The notes below the pieces were generated by a model. The model searched no databases and was not told the DNA's origin. It saw only the letters and a program-made list of their open reading frames with translations. From positions 1 to 55,835 of the forward strand of contig SHMW01000020.1 of assembly GCA_008080735.1 (NCBI GenBank): DNA of 55,835 nt, in the 5' to 3' direction. This document shows, in pieces, positions 49,127 through 55,835 of this stretch. The stretch is from Promethearchaeota archaeon. GTDB taxonomy: Archaea > Asgardarchaeota > Lokiarchaeia > Sigyniarchaeales > SOKP01. Within the stretch, counting starts at the first letter, position 1. Each line of letters starts with the position of its first letter. Both the position numbers and the translations under genes were made by a program.

Positions 49127-50083
49127 ATGACAAATCGACCAGCATTTAGTAATTTATGTAAAAAAATCGAGGAAGGTCATTTCACCATAACGGGGGAACT
49201 TGAACCAAAAAAGATACTTGATCTTGAAGAAATCATTGAATCGGCTAAGGAAATGAAACGGACCAAAAAGATAGCAGCTGCAAATGTCACAGACGGACCT
49301 CAAGGTGATGCATACATGTGTTCACTCGTACCGAGTTATAAAGTACAAGAAAAGGCTGGAATTGAAGCCGTCTGGCAAGTTACTGTGCGTGATAGAAACC
49401 GAGTAGCATTGTTTGGAGATGTTTTGGGGGCCGCAGTTATGGGACTAAAGAATATCCTAGTCTTAACGGGCGATCACACCGCTCTGGGTGATCACAAAAA
49501 AGGAAGAGCAGTATATGACTTAGATAGTACCCAATTCTGCGATATGCTCTCAAAAATGATAGATGAAGGTACAGATCTCGAAGGAAACGAGCTGAAAGGA
49601 GGTAAAATCGAAATGAATTACGGATGCGTAGCCAATCCAAACAGCAACCCCAGAGAACCGGAAATAATGAAGGTGGGCAGAAAAGTCGAACAAGGGGTTG
49701 ATTTTATCCAGACCCAGACAGCCTTTGATATTGATGAGGCTAAGGATTTTCTAAAGGATTTGGAACAATTCAACGTTCCCGTTTTGCTGGGTATCTTTCC
49801 GCTCAAATCCTACGGAATTGCTTGGTACTTCGATAACTATATCCCTGGAGTAAGCGTACCAAAAAACCTTCTTAAGTCCCTCAAGACGGCTGAAAAGGAA
49901 AACAAAGGAGACAAACCCGCCAAATATGCAGCCATCGACAAAATAAATATTGAATTCTTTAAGCCATTTATCGAAGAAATCAAAAAGACTACGAAAGCTG
50001 CGGGTATTCACTGCATGGCGGTCGAATATGAAAGGCTTTTCGACCCTCTCCTCAAAGAATTCGAGGAATATACATATCTCTAA
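49127..50083 (+). CDS. metF: Methylenetetrahydrofolate reductase
   Basis: TGELEP, NVTD, RDRNR, LTGDH, FIQTQ and GIHCM. Confidence 0.92.
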   Translation: MTNRPAFSNLCKKIEEGHFTITGELEPKKILDLEEIIESAKEMKRTKKIAAANVTDGPQGDAYMCSLVPSYKVQEKAGIEAVWQVTVRDRNRVALFGDVLGAAVMGLKNILVLTGDHTALGDHKKGRAVYDLDSTQFCDMLSKMIDEGTDLEGNELKGGKIEMNYGCVANPNSNPREPEIMKVGRKVEQGVDFIQTQTAFDIDEAKDFLKDLEQFNVPVLLGIFPLKSYGIAWYFDNYIPGVSVPKNLLKSLKTAEKENKGDKPAKYAAIDKINIEFFKPFIEEIKKTTKAAGIHCMAVEYERLFDPLLKEFEEYTYL

Positions 50084-50207
50084 ATACTTATCTTAATGAA
50101 AAAAATCAAAAAATAAACAAAAAAAGTTTTTTCCAAATTATTAAATAAATTTTTTTTTATATTTGTGTAAGACCAAAGTACCAGAATAAAAAAAGTGGTG
50201 GGCTGAT

Positions 50208-50669
50208 ATGAAAAATTTAGATAGTAAAGATAAGAAAATATTAGAAATGTTGATTGAGGATTCAAGGAGGCCATATCGAGAAATTGCAGAGAATGTGGAC
50301 CTTTCCGAGTCAACAATTCGCAAACGTGTAATCAAACTCCAAGAAGAGGGTGTGATTGAGAAATTTACGATAAAAGTCTGTCGGGAAGAAGAAAAATGCA
50401 TTATGGCATTTGTGACTCTTATCCCAAAATCTCAGAGTGAAATCAAGGAACTTCTCCGCGAAACTCAAGTCTTACCCGAATGTGAGGAGGTCTATTTTCT
50501 TGCGGGAGAATGCGGAGTGCTATTGAAAGTAACTGTCCCAGAAATAAATGAATTAGACGCTCTACTCGAGGCATTTCGTGCGAGAAGTGATGTGCGTAGC
50601 GTAGAAAGGGTTTGTGTCGTTCTTAAGCCGATTAAAGCGCCCTCTTCGAATAACGGTTTTATGAGATAA
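50208..50669 (+). CDS. Lrp/AsnC transcriptional regulator
   Basis: LDSKDKKILEMLIEDSRRPYREIA...STIRKRVIKLQEEGVI. Confidence 0.92.
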   Translation: MKNLDSKDKKILEMLIEDSRRPYREIAENVDLSESTIRKRVIKLQEEGVIEKFTIKVCREEEKCIMAFVTLIPKSQSEIKELLRETQVLPECEEVYFLAGECGVLLKVTVPEINELDALLEAFRARSDVRSVERVCVVLKPIKAPSSNNGFMR

Positions 50670-50792
50670 CCCTTTTTTTTATATGATATATTTTTAGCCT
50701 TCGAATTTGGCATAGAAGAGCCGATTTATTCTTTTCGCATATTTTAGTTAATATTTTATAATAATCCATCTGATAATTATCTAAAGTACATT

Positions 50793-52319
50793 TTGGAAAT
50801 TATTATGAAATTAAGTCGATTTAGAATCTTGGATAAACAAGAAATAGAATCAATTCATCAAACCACAATGGAATTACTGGATGAAGTCGGTATTCGAGTT
50901 GAGAGTCCCCAGATAAGGAACCTTCTTAAGCAAAAGGGTGCGATTACCGAGAATTCAAAAAACAGAGAAGAATTCGTGAAATTGCCTCCTGATATGGTTA
51001 TGGATTCCTTAAAGAATGTTCCAAAGCAATTTACGATGTGGGGGCCCGACGGCACTTACAATTTTACCATAAATACACATTCTACACAATTCGGTACATT
51101 TGGGGCGGCAATTAATCTCCATGACTCGTCCCGCAGAAAAAAAGTGAGGAAAACATCACTTCAAGATTCAATTGAACATATTCGGGTTGTAAATGAATTA
51201 GATAATATAGCATGTTCCCATATGGACGTCTGGCCAAGTGATGTCCCGTTCACGGAATTACACTTTCATACTCTAAGAGCATGGGGCAGATATGCTAAAA
51301 AACCATATGGGATGGGATGCTATGGGCGCACGGCATCAAACGATATGATTGAACTTACTTCGATTATATGCGGTGATGTGGAAGAGATCCAAAAAAGACC
51401 ACGTCTTTTAGGCGTTTTTAATCCAACCTCTCCCTTAACTCTTCCTAAAATTTTATTAAATGGTCTGGAAATATTTGCGAAATATAACCAACCGATCAAT
51501 ATTTCGGCTGCAGCTTTAGCGGGTTCGAGTGCACCTGTAACTCTAGCGGGGGTTTTGACCCAAGCTAATATGGAAGTTCTCTCATCGATTATAATTACTC
51601 AAATTATTAATCCTGGGACACCCGTGTTGTATGGATCAACAAATTCAATTATGGATCCTGCTACCGGCAACACGGCGTATGGGTCTTTTGAAATGGGATT
51701 ACTCACCATCGCCAGTGCTCAAATGGCCCAGTTTTATGGGATTCCCTCAAAAGGCTCGGGTGCGCTAACGGAATCTAAATGTTTTGATATGCAAAACGGG
51801 TTTGAACGTTTTATGACTTTATTCTGTGCTGCAAATGCGGGTCATAACTATATTACATGTGCTGGAACGTATGAAACCTCCCTTAGCGAAGCCTTAGAAC
51901 TGCTCCTAATCGATAATGATCTAATCGGAATTATCCGAAATGGGTTGGTTGGATTTAAGGCAACTCAAGAAAGTATCGCAAAACAGGAGATATCTGCTAT
52001 TGCTACTGGTGAACTAAAATCATATTTGGGAAGCAAACATTCTGTCAAGCATACCCGAAAAGAAATATTTATTCCCAATCTAGTAGACAGGAACCGTCGC
52101 GGCTCTTGGATAAAAGATGGAAGCTTAGATATGTTTCATCGCGCCCGTAGAGAAGTCCAAAAAATCCTTGAAACGAAGGCAGAATCTCATCTCAATAAGA
52201 AGATTGAAAACGAACTTGAGAATTATTATAAGATAATATCATCAAGAACTCTCGAAGAATATAAGAAAAATGAAGGATTAGAAGGGACTATTAATAATTC
52301 TGACATTTTGGGAATATAA
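50793..52319 (+). CDS. Trimethylamine methyltransferase (MttB) superfamily, non-pyrrolysine
   Basis: IHQTTMELLDEVGI, NPTSPL, SAPVTLAG, PGTPVLYG and SKCFDMQNGFE; no in-frame TAG. Confidence 0.9.
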   Translation: MEIIMKLSRFRILDKQEIESIHQTTMELLDEVGIRVESPQIRNLLKQKGAITENSKNREEFVKLPPDMVMDSLKNVPKQFTMWGPDGTYNFTINTHSTQFGTFGAAINLHDSSRRKKVRKTSLQDSIEHIRVVNELDNIACSHMDVWPSDVPFTELHFHTLRAWGRYAKKPYGMGCYGRTASNDMIELTSIICGDVEEIQKRPRLLGVFNPTSPLTLPKILLNGLEIFAKYNQPINISAAALAGSSAPVTLAGVLTQANMEVLSSIIITQIINPGTPVLYGSTNSIMDPATGNTAYGSFEMGLLTIASAQMAQFYGIPSKGSGALTESKCFDMQNGFERFMTLFCAANAGHNYITCAGTYETSLSEALELLLIDNDLIGIIRNGLVGFKATQESIAKQEISAIATGELKSYLGSKHSVKHTRKEIFIPNLVDRNRRGSWIKDGSLDMFHRARREVQKILETKAESHLNKKIENELENYYKIISSRTLEEYKKNEGLEGTINNSDILGI

Positions 52320-52394
52320 AACCTGTTATATTTAACAAAAAATTGATCGATAAGATAGGAAACTTTTATTAGTATCAATTGAAAATTAGTATTA

Positions 52395-53747
52395 ATGAAT
52401 GAACAAATTAGCTATAATCGTTCTTATACATTCATATTTACTCTATTCTATTTCGCGCAAGGTTTTTGTCAAGGGGTCCCATTTCTTGTATGGAAATCAT
52501 ACATAGTTCATGTATTAGGCGATGTAGATATTGCTCTTTGGTTAATAATATATGCCGTAGGAAATATTCCGTGGGCTATTAAAATGATAGTGGGCATATT
52601 TAACGATAAAATTGGCTCAAGAAAGTATGGTAGAAGATTTCCATGGATTATCAGTTTTGGATCATTTGGTGCCGTATGGTGGTTTATTATGGCATTCTAT
52701 ACTCCTACTGACCAATCAATCTATTTATGGCTTACGATTTATTACTTTATGACCCAACTTGGAATGGCTTTTGCAGATACTGCTTTAGATGGGCTAATTT
52801 TGGATGTCACACCTAAAGAAAAGCTAGCTAGAGTTCAAGGCTATACGTGGACGGTAATGTTTTTAGGATACGGCGTAGGTGGAATGCTATTGACTCTGAT
52901 TTTGGGATTGGATAATATTTATATTGTACACATCATCACTGGTGTTCTAATGTTCCTGTCTTGTATCTTGCCATATAAGATAAAGGAGCCAGATATCGAG
53001 GATATTCCCCTAAAAGAGTTTGGGAAAGATTTATTAACTTTTGCAACTAAAAAACGCAATTGGAAAGTGTATATATATACTTTTTTAGGTGCTTTTCAAG
53101 GTGTTATGTTATTGGATTTTTTAACATATACTGTTCTGATATCAATGGGAATCATTAATGTCGAAGACACAATCTTATCAATCACAGAAGGAGGAGCGAT
53201 CGATTTATTAGGATGGGGTTCTCTCTTTTATTTTGCTAGTGGGGTTGGAACGGTAATAGGGTCATTGATTTCTGGTAAATTTGGTGATAAAAGTAGAAAG
53301 AAAACAATATCAACGGTCTTTCTTAGCTTTATCCCTTATTGTCTTCTTCTAGTCCTACCATTTGCCTTTACAAGTAATTTCTATATTGCACTTGGTCTTG
53401 GAATTCTTTTTCAAATCCTATTTGGAGCGTTTCAAAATGCTCTCACCGTTGTCAATCAGACGATACGAGGGGATCTCGCCAAAAAATATTATCCCAATCT
53501 CAAGAGCACGTATTTTGCGTTAGTTGTCTCCTTAATTAATGCAGGACAAAACGTGGGAACATTGATCGGAGCTGCTTTATTATCCTTTCTTGTGATCTTT
53601 ATTGATAATTTCTTTATAAATATGTTCATAATCTCGGCTTTCTGCGCTTTTAGTCTCTTTTCTTCCTACATAATCTTTCGAACGATTGATCCCATTGATT
53701 ATGAACTAGGCAGAGCAATAAATGTAGGGTCACCCCCAAACCCATAA
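52395..53747 (+). CDS. MFS transporter (AmpG/BT1-like)
   Basis: About 12 TM; YFAQG, PWAIKMIVGIFND, GRRFPW and DTALDG. Confidence 0.88.
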   Translation: MNEQISYNRSYTFIFTLFYFAQGFCQGVPFLVWKSYIVHVLGDVDIALWLIIYAVGNIPWAIKMIVGIFNDKIGSRKYGRRFPWIISFGSFGAVWWFIMAFYTPTDQSIYLWLTIYYFMTQLGMAFADTALDGLILDVTPKEKLARVQGYTWTVMFLGYGVGGMLLTLILGLDNIYIVHIITGVLMFLSCILPYKIKEPDIEDIPLKEFGKDLLTFATKKRNWKVYIYTFLGAFQGVMLLDFLTYTVLISMGIINVEDTILSITEGGAIDLLGWGSLFYFASGVGTVIGSLISGKFGDKSRKKTISTVFLSFIPYCLLLVLPFAFTSNFYIALGLGILFQILFGAFQNALTVVNQTIRGDLAKKYYPNLKSTYFALVVSLINAGQNVGTLIGAALLSFLVIFIDNFFINMFIISAFCAFSLFSSYIIFRTIDPIDYELGRAINVGSPPNP

Positions 53748-54002
53748 ATCCCTTTCTTTTCTTATTTTTCTATTTTTGATGAATCCGGCTTTTAGACGCA
53801 GGAAAGAAATATAAATCTAAAAATATCTAAATACAGAATTATTTCGTTTTTCTAGTACGAACTAACTAAAAAATATCAATAATTAAAATTGTTGACTTTA
53901 TGGTTTATTTAGATTAAAATTCGGAATAATCTATCCTTTTAATCTTAGGAAATTAGATTCTTTATAAACAGGGTTAATTTCACAGCTGAAAAGTGAATTT
54001 AG

Positions 54003-54377
54003 ATGGAATTATTAGATGAATCATATATAGAAAAATTAAAAGAAATCAGCAATTTATTGTTTGATAAGAAACTAAGTATCTCGATATCTCTGGGATTATT
54101 GTACTTCACTGTCCAGATAACAGATTTGATAAGTACATTCATCGGGTTAGAATTGGGCGCAATAGAAACAAACCCATTAGGAATAAATCCACCTGTGATA
54201 TTTCTAAAATTTTTATCCCCACTTTTAATAATAAGTGCGTATGTTTATCTCTTGAAATATTTGAACAATCAGAAATCTCTTTTTTTCAGCATTGTATTCA
54301 TAAACATCATTTTGGTTGGATTTTATACATTTGTAACCATCAACAATATTTCTGTCATTAATTATCTCTCGGGATGA
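54003..54377 (+). CDS. Small membrane protein (DUF5658-like)
   Basis: DLISTFIGLELGAIETNP motif; three TM segments. Confidence 0.65.
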   Translation: MELLDESYIEKLKEISNLLFDKKLSISISLGLLYFTVQITDLISTFIGLELGAIETNPLGINPPVIFLKFLSPLLIISAYVYLLKYLNNQKSLFFSIVFINIILVGFYTFVTINNISVINYLSG

Positions 54378-54724
54378 TTTAAGAATATCAGAATCATCTA
54401 AATCCAATTCTTCCCCATATTATTATTCATATTAATGACTTTTTTCACTTTTAATTTTTACACACAAAACTCACAAATTATTATGTCTGGACAACACGGA
54501 CTTCACGATTTCAACGGGATATTAAAAATGATGAGCGTTTTATAGTTATTAACCAAAATAAAACCTCTATTTAATAATCAGTTCATATCTGAAAATGAGT
54601 TTTAACAAAAACAAATACGCACAAATTATCGAGTACTATGATTTTAGGATGAAAGAACAATACAAATACGATTCAAAAGATTATTTCAGAGAAAGATATT
54701 CAGATGATTATTAATTATTAGTTA

Positions 54725-55568
54725 TTAATTCAGAGCATAGTATTTTGCGATATTATCTTCGCTAATCTTTTTAACCTTTTCTTGCTCTTCCAAGTAAAAC
54801 AAGTGTGCTAGGACTTCACTAAGAGCTAAAAAGGAATTTATATCATCTAAATCACCGAAATGCTGCTTAGCAATAGATACAGGACTTATCGGTTTATTTT
54901 CAATAAGCTCATAAATCTCTTTTAAACGTCTTTGATGATGTTCTTGAATTTGCTTGATTCTTTTCTCAGGACTATAAATGAGTTCTTGATGCGCAGGGAA
55001 AATTATTTCTGGCTTGAGCTGATCAATTCTTTTTAGTGAATTTAGATATAGCTTTAGTATGTTATGAAAATTATACTCGCTATCCTTTTCCTTAATCATG
55101 GGGTTGATGATAAAGACACCAATATGGGGCGTGATTCGAGATAAGATATGATCTCCGGAGAAGAGATATTTTCTATTCTTTTCAAAAAGACAGGTATGTC
55201 CCAACGCATGCCCCGGGGTCCAAATTACTTTAAATTTTCCGTTCTCAATCTCAAACTCATAATTATCATGTAAAATTATATCTGGAGGGTAGTATTTTTT
55301 CAATTGAGGCCATGTGAGAAAATCCAAATGATTATGAGAGACCAAGCAATGACTAATTTTTGGGAGTTATGTCGAGTTCCTCTAAGCAAGAGAAAAATTT
55401 TTTGTGCCCATTGCCCATATTTAACCCCGCATCAAAGAGAAAATAGCTATCCTCCAATTTCAATAGGTATGTATATACATATTTTACATCAAAAGGAACA
55501 TCTATTTTTATTTGTATAACGTCGCCCAACTGATTTATCTTACTATTAAACTCAAAATTCACATTCAT
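54725..55568 (-). pseudogene. MBL-fold metallo-hydrolase, frameshifted and internally shortened
   Basis: Upstream ORF (VYTYL..LFDAG...ITPKN*) continues in a shifted frame as ISHCLVSHNHLDF, then TPGHALGH, FSGDH and PAH. HxHxDH reads HNHLDF. Confidence 0.7.
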
Positions 55569-55835
55569 TGCTCTCTTGAAATTAATTAAGACTTAAAATT
55601 GGGGAAATGCTATTTATATTTCTGTTATAATAAGCTGTGTTAGATTTAAAATATAATAAATTGAATTGATTATTTATTGCTTTGACTTTTCTTTTCTTCT
55701 TGTTCGTCCTGGAAAAAGAGACATTTTTTCATGTCGAATTCTAATTCACGTAATTTATACTTGATTTCCTTGTTATCGTAGTCATGAGAAAGGATATCTA
55801 AGATAGTGTCCTTCAATTTCTCAAGATTGTCTAGT

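Noticed and set aside
50793-52319. Pyrrolysine (TAG) readthrough in MttB
   Set aside because: The ORF is continuous with no internal TAG; the Pyl-equivalent region reads ERFMTLFCA.
55353-55355. Amber readthrough in the MBL gene
   Set aside because: The same frame hits TAA a few codons later; the coding continuation is in another frame.
927-55519. Numerous 60-155 aa ORFs nested within or antisense to larger genes
   Set aside because: Shadow ORFs without motifs that overlap well-supported CDSs.
1-55835. CRISPR arrays, tRNA/rRNA, transposases, DGR/retron elements
   Set aside because: No periodic repeats, RNA-gene signatures, or RT/integrase/transposase motifs were seen by eye. A short ncRNA could have been missed without covariance-model searches.

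Overview
AT-rich archaeal chromosomal segment that I infer belongs to an Asgard archaeon (Lokiarchaeia/Promethearchaeia-like). The basis is an actin-related protein, a profilin, several small GTPases (one Rag-like), a Loki-type LRR protein and a vWA-RING/PHD protein, alongside archaeal housekeeping genes (thermosome, trpS, hisI, thi4, GTP-PEPCK). Metabolic loci include an hdrA(mvhD)-hdrC-hdrB-metV-metF cluster followed by a non-pyrrolysine MttB, and an operon in which a DHCR24-like FAD reductase is fused to a CoA-activase/dehydratase module. The most notable candidates are: (1) a co-oriented cluster of a mini-actin lacking subdomain 4, a profilin and a group II chaperonin; (2) an apparently circularly permuted, doubly membrane-anchored heparinase II/III-like lyase; (3) the DHCR24-like/radical dehydratase fusion operon; (4) a vWA-RING-Zn-ribbon protein resembling eukaryotic ubiquitin-system vWA subunits; (5) a cold-shock/DEAD-box fusion split by a -1 frameshift. 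No rRNA, tRNA, CRISPR array or intact mobile element was recognised. All assignments come from manual motif recognition, with no database searches.
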